Source: a virus. From it: a stretch of DNA of 64,000 nt. Positions within the stretch are counted from its first letter, which is position 1; each line of letters starts with the position of its first letter. The position numbers and the translations under genes were made by a program. The stretch is taken from positions 32,001 through 96,000 of IMG/VR virus record IMGVR_UViG_3300042389_001478; one strand, written 5' to 3'. The notes under the pieces are model-generated. The model was not told the origin of the DNA. It did no database searches and worked only from the letters and a program-made list of their open reading frames with translations. Shown here piece by piece: positions 47,501-53,295 of the stretch.

Positions 47501-50500
47501 TGCAGAAAAATCAGGATCGATTAGAGCAACAGAATTAAATACTAGACTACAACAACAAATAGCTAATAATACAAAAAATACAGCCGATACTGTTCCAACT
47601 ATAGCAAAAATTACTAGTGAAACAGCAAATAAGCAAATACCGACATTATCTAATAAAACATCATCATTAGAACAAAATAATGCTAAGGCTTTTTCCAACA
47701 TAAATACAAAAGCTACAGATATTAATAAAATAACTTCAACTATTCCACAATTTGACAAAACAGCAAATGAAAAATTAGATGAATTATTAAGAAGAACTGA
47801 AGGGTTGCCAGAGACAGTTGCACAAATTGTTACTTTGATTATTGGGGATATACAACAGAGACAGCCTGGAGGTAATTTTGCAGGATTTGGGTTGAATCAA
47901 GGCCCTAATGCAATACAAGCAATAAATGATGCTATTAGAAATAGGTTTGATAATATTCTTAATGCTGCCGCTTTACAGATGGGCAGGGGCTTTAGTAGTG
48001 GAGGTATGGTCTATGCTTCAAATGGAATGATGATTCCTTATGAACCTAGAGGTACTGATACTGTTCCGGCGATGCTAACTCCGGGTGAGTTTGTGGTGAA
48101 CAGAGTTGCTACCCAAGCCAATTTACCTTTATTACAAGCTATTAATAAGAGTAAAGGTGGGAATATCAAAAAGCTTGCTGAGGGTGGAGTAGTTTATGCT
48201 GCTACTGGCGGAACAATGCCAACTAAACCAGACGGTTCTGCTGATACTAATTTTGATGCTCGCAAAGCTCAACGAAAAGCATCTTTAGAGAGACAGATTC
48301 GAACACAGGAAGAAAAAGAATTTAAGAAATTAGGTATCTTATACAATGATACCACAGACAAAGAAGATATCATACAAGCTCTTAAAAAACAAACTCAGCC
48401 TTATCCTTATCCTTTAAATATTGATTATTATCTAAGACAATTTAGTAGGGATAAAGCATTTGACATAGACCTAAAAAGATTTCCAAGAATTAGCGAAGCG
48501 GCAAAATCAATCTTAGCCAAACAAGAACAACCAAAAGCTAATCCTTTTGATATGGGTCAGCAACCAGCAGCAACTCCACAATCACTCTCAAGAGGTGGAG
48601 TAGTTTATGCTTCTGGTGGCGGAGAGATGACAAAAATTCCAGAGCCACCAATAGCTATGCCATTCGGATTTGCTCCACAAAAGGGATTTGCTGTTCCTTT
48701 GGATAAAACTAAGGCCATACAAGCACATCAACAATCAGAAAAATACCCTGATCCTTTTACTCCAGAAGCTGATAGGGCCTGGAGACAATTTGACTTGAGT
48801 CCAGTAGAAAGTATGGCGGATGATGCTCATGAATTTTTACAAGAAAAATTAGGAGGAAACAAACAAATTCCCCTTAATGGTCCACCCATGCCATTTGGTG
48901 TCGGTCCTAGAGCTAGGCATATGGATAACACTGTTGCTGGACAACTTCAAGGATTGTATTATTCGTTAATACCTGATAATACCAAAGGTGGTCAGGGTTT
49001 AGAAAATTATTTAGACCAATATAAAAATCATTTTGCTCCAAACGCACCATATGGGGCTCAGCCGATCTTACCAAATAAAGATTCGTTGATGCCTCAAATG
49101 AAAGCTAAGGGTGGAGTAGTTTATGCTCAAGAAGGATTTGATCCATCAAGACCATTAAATCCTATGATGAATCGTCAAGGAAAGGGTTCAGCTTCCACAT
49201 TAACCTCATCTCCAATTAGTAATTTTAATAATGAGAAGTTAGCTGAAGAAGGTAAAGCTTTTATGTACGGAGCTGCTAAGTCCGTACTTCCAGGTTTAGC
49301 TGGTTTGGGTGCTGGACTTTTAGGACTACCCACCACGGGTCCTGGTGGATTTGCTATTGGCTTAGGAGCAGGGACCGCAGTATATCAAGCTCAAGAAAAT
49401 TATTTGAATGCTTTTGCTCCAGAAACAAATAGACAGATGAAAGATATCACCGAGGAGCACTGGCAGGCTTCATTATTGGGATCTATAGCTAGTGGTTTTG
49501 GTGTTGATAAGGCGGGTCGTAAGCTACTCTCTCCTTTTATGAAAAATACTCTCAGAATGCCCGCCACACTTCCTAATAATAATGCTTCTGTAAGACCAGA
49601 TATTAAGAGTGCTAGTCAAGAAGCTATGGAGGAATTTTCTTTAAGAAGTAGACCAGCAGCTAGCGCCCCATTAGATGTACCAAAAGCTGATAAAGCTTTA
49701 CCGCTTCTTCGTAGTCTAGAAGAAAAGGGTGTTATAAAAACTACTCAATCATCATCAACATCTAAATTTAACAGTGATAACAGACGAGACCTATATCAGA
49801 TTGATCAAATTTTATATCACGGCACAGGACATACTATAGATGATATAGATCCATCCAAAGGCGGAGGTATATTAGGCGGTGGTTTCTATACTGGATTTGA
49901 AGGTCACGAAGGAATCGCTGCAAGATTTGCAGCAATGGGTAAAGCAAATAAGCATGTGTATCCAGTAAGAGTCAGTGGTGGTATAGGTGATTTTCCTGAG
50001 GCTACAGAAACTCTTGGCGGTAACTCTAAAATTTTATCAGTCATAGAAAAATTATTTACTGAACAGAACTTATCTAGACAAACTCGTCAGTTCTCAGGCA
50101 AATGGGGGAAAACAGGTCCTATTTATGACAACGTAGATTTAAATCTGAAAGACATGACATTCAAAGACGTTGTTGATTTGCTTAAGAATAGATATTCTGA
50201 AACCATAAAGAAAACTCTAGAGCAAGAAAATGGTATTTCTTTATCAAAAATATCGCCTCAAGAAATTGCTACAAGAGCAGATAAATTAGGTGAAGAACAG
50301 GTAAGACAACTATTGGTTAAAGCTGGTATACCAGGAGCCAAAGATACAACAGGAAAATTATCGGGTACTGGCGAACCTATGGTCTCCATATATGATCAAA
50401 GCAGGCTAAGCAAAGAAGGAAAACCTTTTGTTCCAAATAGTTTGAAACCCCAGATGAAAGCCAATGGTGGTGTAATTTATGCTCAAGATGGTATGAGAAT

Positions 50501-53279
50501 CCCGTTTAATTTAAATGATATTGCTGATAAAAATCCAGCAAAAGTGGGATACTCAACATCAGCAGAAGAACGATATATGGAAAGATGGAAGAAAACACAT
50601 ACCGACTTACTAGCAGACCCGTCAGAAGGTCCTGGTATGTTGGGTGCTCCGTTTCATGAAAGATTTTCAGCTGGCTTAAATATGCTTGCTGATATTGGTT
50701 CAGCAAAAATGGCTGGAGCAAAAGCTACAGGAGCAAGAGGTCAAAAATTTGCTAGTGTGCCAAGATCAGGCAGATCCATGAGGAAACCACCGACCTCTAT
50801 AGTGAAACCAAGTGCTCCTTCTGTAGGAGATCTTAAAGCTCTGCAATATAGTCAAGAAAATATACCAAATTTATTAGGAGATGGAGAGAGACCATTATTT
50901 AGTAAAGATTTTCCAAAAACCGTTAAACCAAAAGATATTGAAGCAAAATTAGCCCAAGATAGAACTGAAATAGAAAGTATAGCAAAATTACTCTCTGAAA
51001 GACTAGGAAGACCGGTTGATCCAGTGGAAGCTAAGGATATGTTAGTTAAAAGAATGACTGATATGATGATTGAAGCTAAGTCTGGCGAAGATAATATGAA
51101 AGGTAGAACTGTTGATAGTAAAACATTTATAATATCTTCTTCACAAGGAAGAACTAATCGAGCTTTTGTAGAAGCGTCTCCTAAAGCATCATTATTACGC
51201 AAAATAGCCTCAAAACTATCTTTTGGTAAAATAGATAGATTATCTCCAAAACAACAATTAGATAGAGACGAACTATTTGCCATACAACGAATACAGAGTT
51301 ATATGTATGATCAGTTACATCCTGAAAGAATGGGTGGTTTAATTATTCCTTCTCGTAAACTATCTTTTGCTGAAGCTTATGATGAAATAGATTCATTACA
51401 ACCAGGAAAATATGGTTATTTCAAAGGGCTAACTGAACCCGGAGGCAAAGCATTAAAAAATCTTCTATCCAGCGGAAGAATAGATAAAGAAACATTGATG
51501 ACTCAACGTAAACAAGTATCAGATAAGTTAATATCTGAAGGTAAATTAGATCCACAAGATCTACCAGAAGCAAGAATGGCGGAAGACCCCACAAAATCTC
51601 AAATGATAATGCAGAGAGTAAACAGAAATTCTGATATGATAATTAGATATCAAGGAAATGATGTCAGATTAAATCCAGATATTTTAAAATTAGCAGATAA
51701 AGGTGTCTACCAGTCACCCGTAACCACAAATGATCCACAACAACAAATATACCCTACATCTCCATTAGATTTTTATCAGAAATTTATGGCTCCACAGAAT
51801 AAATCATCTGGTGGTGTAATTTATGCTTCAACAGGAACATTAGTAAATTATCAGCCTCGTGGCACCGACACAGTACCCGCAATGCTTACGCCCGGTGAGT
51901 TTGTTGTAAACAGAGCCTCTACTCAAAAACACCTTCCACTATTACAATCTATTAATAGTGGGAACTATGAAAATGGCGGAATAGTATCATACTATCGAAG
52001 AGGTGGTCGTATTACTGCAGCAGAACTAGCATCAAATAGAAGAGAATATTTAGATCGCAAAAAAGCAGAGAAAAAGCAAAGAGATGATGATAAAAAAGCT
52101 AGAGAAGATAATTTTGCAGCAGCACGACAACAACAGATTGAAGACCGTAGAGCTAGATCTACAAGTGGCATCTCTGTGCAAACCAGGGGCGGGTCCTATG
52201 CTCGATCTGCAATGAGTTCTAGTCAAGCACAACCAAACCAACCACAACAAACAGCACAGAGCACCATAGCACAAGCTATTATCAATGTGGCTCAAGCAGC
52301 TATAAATATTGCAAATGCTACTACTAGTTCTAGCTCCTCTAATAATAATCAAACCGGCACTCCGTCTTATATGACTAGTAGTATTAATGGACCAAGAACT
52401 CAACGAACTCAGGATTTCTTTGAAGCTAGAAGAATAAATAGAAACAGCAGAGAACAAGAAGAGAATGACAGAACATTATATAGAAGAAGAAATCGCAGGC
52501 CATCAGACACAACAGCTTATAGTAATGCTTTAGCTAGTAGAAATACTCCCGTGGCTGCTAATAATCAAAATTCCCCAGCACAAAATAGCATATTCGGTAA
52601 CTTGCTACAAGCCATACAAAGCATGTTTGGATCGGCCCAAACAGCAACGAGAGGTGCACAGAATCAACAAACTGGAACACCAAGATATCTAACAAGCTCT
52701 ATCAATACTCCCGGCGTTCAGCGAACACAAGAATTCTTTGAGATGAGAAGAATTAACCAAGAAGCTCAACAGGCTGAAAGAGACAGAAGAAATCAAAGAG
52801 CTGCAGTGGCACAAGCGGCCAATAGTCCAAATGTTCCATCTGGCCAAAATCCAGCACAAAATAATAACATATGGACAGTATTAAATAATAATGCTCTCCA
52901 ATTTAGTAATGCTTTAAATACAGCTACCACCGCTTTAAACACAGCCTCCGCCGCGATACAGCAATATAATCAACAATTGGCTGGTGGTGTATCTAATAAA
53001 GGAAACCCTGATAAAACCAATCTTGATGGAATTAGCCTATTTACAAGCACATTCCAATCATTTATTGATCAATTGAAAAATATTAATCCGGTAATAAATA
53101 TGAGAGGAAATCATACAGTAACAGTAAATTTCGGTTCTGGTGCAGATGTTTTTGCAAGAATGGAAGGAAGAGTTAAGGAGTTTGTTATTGATCAAATTAA
53201 TGCCGGATTAAATAATGTAAATACTACACTAAGAGATAGCACCGAAGGCTCTATTGATAATGTTCGAAATTTAGCTTAA
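32580..53279 (+). CDS. 6,899-aa tape measure protein carrying multiple enzymatic cargo domains (polyvalent TMP)
   Basis: TP901/PhageMin_Tail-like core (FIEYDQQLTRISQVTG...TRESAETIATGLRTIFTRI, about 33450-34300). Second long helical region with hydrophobic segments. Repeated GTDTVPAMLTPGEFVVN motifs. Canonical position after the tube and chaperone genes. RBS GAGGA. Confidence 0.92.
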   Translation: MAKGFNLTAEINLRGPSNIRSVVADIKRQVGSVSVDVSPTLNRASVRTIANDIRRQIGNLSAEINVRANAGSIRNLSRDIRQRLGTLTADVQVRADASSIRRSVANIRSQFRNISTNVAVSASPSSIRQASSAIRRQLGNINANVRVNVSAGSVRQAAANIRRQLGSINTTVNVGINAASLRGIGAYTANLTRLNATLAQTTITATNAAGAIATLTAAMGAAGRVNLGQINVNLGNAGNAARNTANNIQLAGNEIENFGRQAGLAIRRFAAFSVVTGVVFGITNAFKNGVSAFIEYDQQLTRISQVTGDAKESLGKINSTISELSTSLGVSSKELAATSVTLAQAGLTARDTETALKALALSALAPSFDDMNQTVEGSIALMRQFGISSKELEGSLGSINAVAAKFAVEASDIITAIQRTGGVFAAAGKGVSEGTNALNEFIAVFTSIRATTRESAETIATGLRTIFTRIQRADTIEALKEFGVTLTDLEGKFVGPYIAVQRLSEGLSKLDPRDLSFSRIVEELGGFRQIGKVLPLIQQFATAQDALRVAQQGQGSLSADAAKGQMALAIQIAKVREEFLALIRSVGNTDSFQNMVKVGLDLASALIKVADAAKGLIPLVGLFAAFRGAQAITQFAGGFGRGFRGAPTQRASEGGPIRHFASGGYVPGFGNGDTVSAKLTPGEFVMSKPAVRSIGVGNLSRMNKGDRASKFDKGGPVTVSALLTRSGGPSIRNAINTTNLEPDDTVSINIVPKQVPLNQTDFLNIWLRGNSSAKKGTGKFKNYAGINVSQENRDRLKNLAGKNTKQQQEIKRGYGAGISEQVSMLQSAEGRWGLAYEEFLINKLRANWTKASSKNNYPVDLVQKLTNNSIKRIGEVKFRTTPTEDIDLISKLLRYRIERGSINRYFRENEEIPKDLDKNIGSLDYFWAGNYKKQFYKFIEERQKIQAPGFVRAAAGGQIQRFPRGGNVQKLANVGVTKEKKQTNINETAAQALLEQNAGKSPVIRRILSKPKAGRDFAQILKKQGVTIPPFPKFVGSGMANAVFDIGNKKMLKVSLTGFGDNMMAGNFFGENVAEKMGMTGNYQLPMGVPGVAGYSSHIDAGVLSSAIQDKAVMKIKGRSKNKDANELIKRLRKQEGLTGIDLHNDNIGYRYNPKTKKQEPAIIDGLVVHDDKLPPGFDFSNRFKIGGEVQRFPIGGEVRRTKKERYKKISVADAEKLSASQIITGLTTGQSAPARVGGMDVVTMRKILGQRNRTPDDQRKRDEILNAYTRRINGEVDQRLGVTKQRQTAGLLFGIAGLYGSPFAPTDMVVGDKGELTKPTTVQVMGGVPRKKLMDRANLSINDLDIYGKDFKKSVKKGAKRLLVSDILSQLGLGKALYADFDRTLVFGADDLPDIQSFNDKRKVGRQLLSKKARLSVLGQKLRDLLVAKPQLTPSVKILTARPRSTLGLLQAFLRRQNLNIPSSQFTGVGGNNLNEAAIAKLKAAELPSGSVLVDDNAKNIRAAELKSKALKAQGEAGITTFRYKSARSPLDKPGEDTAAGLAFQESLRGLLSEKRAVAAFAETGGKSIDFPLGLGRRAALFGLKPNIPTDAKRTLTGPSTAKENITNYLKARSYSAGGDIQKFPQGGTPSPGGHSSNIVPALVSTGEAYFPPEEAKNIGLDKLRKMNQADRNGMKSFARGGVSVFRGPGSGTSDSIGPIGLPVGSFIVRAAATKALGLSSGGSVGNVQKFAAGGAAQRLFVGGLLNPPPAARPDLGGMNDSEARRVVGVVNSVNQQLGQLAGVLEELGVASGDTARLMQRGSQATYAQAIQATEADIRRARIAGASAQQIAAAESVLRDIRQQADRDIRARRASVDTPGGARASLGSLGGQDLQRIDSRADQLRQQMMETERNRLQNQTVTRGGRTTARYSNEQVEERLQRRAGRFNRQSYEQATTQVTGGRVDLGAVGLTGDDAQRYIQQSMRDRNTLAQMDRAYIPRRAAQIRQQLEAERGVGATARERAALARQALRMAEQEARDRANTARAAARAAGAAGPGGGPESGMARSMGMAFGLQMVGSLLAQQINPESSSSNAQISAGLQGGTNMLATGTMIGSGVMEMFPAMTRLLGPITILTTVALAAGQALIDARNAAIEFEKKLADKRVQDAMERVGQGFDKLSKNIKDIKIQDDITNNLIEASRNVRKSVEADKTTAKAFWANITDVFTSNTSSNLAEAAQNVYNSKPAAGRTDADRNALAAVTINTQAAAASRSKILEKEGVSAYLSTTSMGQFLSGAGSQSSSRAEERRSSLSLGMIPETAREDSKKYVEVAQSMQRIIEDKLRSGLSVRELLTAPKHEFEQIARTMAMADQATHANILAIQQDTNLTTAEKEAKIKNIATLYAEDKIRKSAKSVDTEKASKNFEKNINNMSRSLERMFQNMDQAIERTSFSLRQMSQDMDLISASLGGQAKTGDTSLKSMNILQNPRAYGGLETNAARDQASSFFTGERNLVKGLLSVGDNLETSIMSSINKTLTDNPAASNEQIGINIEKQVTKQIAKLQLPPDVGNKLGEQVKTALDEMRKRGDENLNFDDLMEKIPGLSKVLESGKRAQESALKALEHWQSSLNSYSEKINQLIDLQIDTNERLRRSSELVIRGNMEVSRALGKDVSVSSVRSARNVGIAQQTGGLTDADAIAKNIMSLEGQRRSLESSANSAGNRGLAGANDFVKFKSGLLDTNVALRENIAALKSLAENGDVASAALGKIQEAQQKQASKVGFIEKLVTSTPEEVNSLERAMARLQNNINGQLNTINNSVGAQKAYNDAIAQGATNAEAMSAAQVAFAGERKETLGALNDLLPFLSNNQQGNNIKANVLESMARESGVGINPMMQEVINSLRNPQADPQTQAAMQQYQQAISEQARANTLLAQLNSTLANDIATKSAAALSQALTGASIKFQSSQLDDIAKNVRSISLRGGDQPVPAAGKANGGMIYAAAGTMVNFQPKGTDTVPAMLTPGEFVVNRAATSRNLPLLQSINSGGYSKGGSVNYYSSGGYVSSVFKSEYLDSKNLENSEKQYIDPEDKIIKDIISGDDKPFMIRSGWKNFTRLQSPANQYHSAQFKKTYVGRVGGYFGFGLDETNDKIPFETSGKLVPGSAPIIDINSIDGEYVYKNTPPPNLWPAGNRELGYLLSDRKFNTKNIAKNDLSKYRDIINGLISVVPPGRVWGTDPSSFEFSSPDDLSGGQSGFPYNPNLSSAKPVGLILSRGATDIGQQATESTDGIQKIFNNSRAFTGQSEEASDRAGNTTRIYGDIQGTVSAGKLTNAAKLAQRGFINDVPTDNDTFKWITETKKISELRDTQKENLSLLKNTTTDIFGNKINWLKNTEKNNKLISLQQKLQKIYEGGSLIEDLDVSERELIDNTQLRLDDASGKFSLLSKQLEPQLAKRVAELSSRPIDQQLPKDKENARIATLTRIGGAAGWADGDPFPINFSENGLTKPTVSFPWIANIEPEFFLQNIKEQQEQQAKDRASGKDYGFNISSLGLQPYAAKLPAPLDKVSFNYKAAYTKYSGRLFDLRQKELDNTRPLNDAFIIDPKHDDALNIFKNANFPDKSFFTGFPGPYQPQDLAKRISVKDPQSILDYMQALRNNDPNADALAGKINGVSLALGPALLKVMNDKPLYLPDDLYYGIDNTFQNLDISPFVVASAKDAAGQLGRLAKEKSSQINTPGSKTQSISEADLGPTVQRIAQASLGIFGRRPGIPSGYLYSQFGRALSNISDPIKAKNTASGISGVFSNLVKQIHGMAPRNSREFAALRDSNILATGASAVFNKLASGSTNYIKSFLGGGSSIENLFRSLGSGSFFNEMGSQQFSEDFTKQLGADLKGSKLAKIGADGSIDLTDMNEQDVPKNYQGLVDLAINPYHEFGNRSVRQGIFQKLMTDIPNFRANHNVTDPKTGTILEKRQTQLPLFGPAALKMIMTNLNNLSQWYGGNGAWAGQDYLNENDPATTPNERAEFLASNFDGALYTTATEAHRQLGGLANFGDIPNREWLMARGQAKMPDMKPVVKLATGGMVYASNGQYVNFQPRGTDTVPAMLTPGEFVVNRSATQQNLPLLRAINNGADAYSMGGVVYAAGGFDPSRMAQGAYPSQSTSPKPSMWSRMFGARNPGAFRPRGMFPTFGGAVGHMENGLHKAFVRTSGWAGRQVGDVGRAFGNIGHAPIRPTAILNQLTQWQAAQQGAMFPASTSGAAYQRMQQNVLKQLAQYSSAATNYNASNTLLARAGRGATSLATKAVGGTAAFNSGINILTEGSSALYGFGNAALGGRNTYVDSRREQAAQTNNTILGGAATGFMSPITTMAQMGFTVAELNETRRRASKGESLNSEGRKISVSNIANRQYSGDERHLSGLTAVEATYIRQIINLEKALAKEKVGTKRYDQLQQNLNDAKSRNVTEKTRGMLWGTTKTTSRKAGLSSGDDVLDKAIDQHREYEVRLEAQRVAQAAAEKAEEARLKAQQQQAEAQNRTRAAVTVVSNAGQAAYNFGVSMFNKFKEDRKNAINADRSKRTAAASQYLDKPAVPDLIKDSQTFRDERQAAIDEVRRLDGVYQQESQLNKNRGDSEAELKRLKDSYDKEREAALAAVAKVDSKIIDRNKEAEKLSPDERQAAWKSYNDNQAKTAKDEALAQARYQSRVAKTQLKKQADGQLAIAEITRVPRPTKDMNPESFFRWSENARKTLNRKFKLSGNDEKDMAILSAAGLSPEIAKEVIQPISKENSSLLLEMMSTSGKYSKQELGLLQLSGDQIEQLTRASSGMGGSATAQMTLDERNKVLKKQRGLAVKTQKQLSRIEKQIEAAERLGPEGRIRRQSAIQQQLLRQGLVSASQDGPANQARLEQLGMNKERVGFIFQQQGNQQGAPANGMSNGGVVYAAGGTLIPYSPRGTDTVPAMLTPGEFVVNAKATSQNLPLLQSINKSSGGVIYRAEGGGSDAFSNRQPTSSAEKSGSIRATELNTRLQQQIANNTKNTADTVPTIAKITSETANKQIPTLSNKTSSLEQNNAKAFSNINTKATDINKITSTIPQFDKTANEKLDELLRRTEGLPETVAQIVTLIIGDIQQRQPGGNFAGFGLNQGPNAIQAINDAIRNRFDNILNAAALQMGRGFSSGGMVYASNGMMIPYEPRGTDTVPAMLTPGEFVVNRVATQANLPLLQAINKSKGGNIKKLAEGGVVYAATGGTMPTKPDGSADTNFDARKAQRKASLERQIRTQEEKEFKKLGILYNDTTDKEDIIQALKKQTQPYPYPLNIDYYLRQFSRDKAFDIDLKRFPRISEAAKSILAKQEQPKANPFDMGQQPAATPQSLSRGGVVYASGGGEMTKIPEPPIAMPFGFAPQKGFAVPLDKTKAIQAHQQSEKYPDPFTPEADRAWRQFDLSPVESMADDAHEFLQEKLGGNKQIPLNGPPMPFGVGPRARHMDNTVAGQLQGLYYSLIPDNTKGGQGLENYLDQYKNHFAPNAPYGAQPILPNKDSLMPQMKAKGGVVYAQEGFDPSRPLNPMMNRQGKGSASTLTSSPISNFNNEKLAEEGKAFMYGAAKSVLPGLAGLGAGLLGLPTTGPGGFAIGLGAGTAVYQAQENYLNAFAPETNRQMKDITEEHWQASLLGSIASGFGVDKAGRKLLSPFMKNTLRMPATLPNNNASVRPDIKSASQEAMEEFSLRSRPAASAPLDVPKADKALPLLRSLEEKGVIKTTQSSSTSKFNSDNRRDLYQIDQILYHGTGHTIDDIDPSKGGGILGGGFYTGFEGHEGIAARFAAMGKANKHVYPVRVSGGIGDFPEATETLGGNSKILSVIEKLFTEQNLSRQTRQFSGKWGKTGPIYDNVDLNLKDMTFKDVVDLLKNRYSETIKKTLEQENGISLSKISPQEIATRADKLGEEQVRQLLVKAGIPGAKDTTGKLSGTGEPMVSIYDQSRLSKEGKPFVPNSLKPQMKANGGVIYAQDGMRIPFNLNDIADKNPAKVGYSTSAEERYMERWKKTHTDLLADPSEGPGMLGAPFHERFSAGLNMLADIGSAKMAGAKATGARGQKFASVPRSGRSMRKPPTSIVKPSAPSVGDLKALQYSQENIPNLLGDGERPLFSKDFPKTVKPKDIEAKLAQDRTEIESIAKLLSERLGRPVDPVEAKDMLVKRMTDMMIEAKSGEDNMKGRTVDSKTFIISSSQGRTNRAFVEASPKASLLRKIASKLSFGKIDRLSPKQQLDRDELFAIQRIQSYMYDQLHPERMGGLIIPSRKLSFAEAYDEIDSLQPGKYGYFKGLTEPGGKALKNLLSSGRIDKETLMTQRKQVSDKLISEGKLDPQDLPEARMAEDPTKSQMIMQRVNRNSDMIIRYQGNDVRLNPDILKLADKGVYQSPVTTNDPQQQIYPTSPLDFYQKFMAPQNKSSGGVIYASTGTLVNYQPRGTDTVPAMLTPGEFVVNRASTQKHLPLLQSINSGNYENGGIVSYYRRGGRITAAELASNRREYLDRKKAEKKQRDDDKKAREDNFAAARQQQIEDRRARSTSGISVQTRGGSYARSAMSSSQAQPNQPQQTAQSTIAQAIINVAQAAINIANATTSSSSSNNNQTGTPSYMTSSINGPRTQRTQDFFEARRINRNSREQEENDRTLYRRRNRRPSDTTAYSNALASRNTPVAANNQNSPAQNSIFGNLLQAIQSMFGSAQTATRGAQNQQTGTPRYLTSSINTPGVQRTQEFFEMRRINQEAQQAERDRRNQRAAVAQAANSPNVPSGQNPAQNNNIWTVLNNNALQFSNALNTATTALNTASAAIQQYNQQLAGGVSNKGNPDKTNLDGISLFTSTFQSFIDQLKNINPVINMRGNHTVTVNFGSGADVFARMEGRVKEFVIDQINAGLNNVNTTLRDSTEGSIDNVRNLA
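32637..33122 (+). repeat. Six 27-aa (81-nt) tandem repeats at the TMP N-terminus
   Basis: Consensus RxxxxxIRRQLGxIxxxVxVxxxxxS(I/V/L), repeated six times in exact register. Confidence 0.9.
35040..35420 (+). other. PD-(D/E)xK nuclease-like domain 1 within the TMP
   Basis: GLAYEEFL (E837)...YPVDL (D860)...IGEVKF (E875, K877). Confidence 0.6.
35670..36110 (+). other. Protein-kinase-like domain within the TMP
   Basis: VGSGMANAVF (Gly loop, G1036), MLKV (K1053), IQDKA hinge, DLHNDNIG (D1142, N1147), IIDG (D1165). Confidence 0.75.
36705..37110 (+). other. HAD-superfamily phosphatase domain within the TMP
   Basis: Motif I LYADFDRTL (D1381, D1383), motif II KILTAR (T1441), motif III Lys (AKLK), motif IV VLVDDN (D1496). 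Confidence 0.8.
37190..37425 (+). other. PD-(D/E)xK nuclease-like domain 2 within the TMP
   Basis: GLAFQESL (E1547)...SIDFP (D1571)...PTDAKRT (D1592, K1594). Confidence 0.55.
41532..51911 (+). repeat. Five exact protein-level copies of GTDTVPAMLTPGEFVVN within an extended ~55-aa repeat
   Basis: Copies start at 41532, 44775, 47328, 48051 and 51861. Each is preceded by GGxxYAxxG and followed by xxATxxNLPLLxxIN (variants in some copies). Degenerate copies at about 34560-34650, 37480-37535 and 37610-37715. Confidence 0.95.
49800..50400 (+). other. ADP-ribosyltransferase-like domain within the TMP
   Basis: LYHGT (H5747), LGGGFY (Y5770), IAARFA, HVYPVRV, then LLVKAGIPG...GEPMVSIYD (E5932). Confidence 0.7.
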
Positions 53280-53295
53280 AACAAGGTATACTATA

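Noticed and set aside
32580-53279. Muralytic (lytic transglycosylase/peptidase) domain expected in TMPs
   Set aside because: I could not find SLT, M23, NlpC or lysozyme motifs by eye, so none is reported. An HMM scan is needed to confirm absence.
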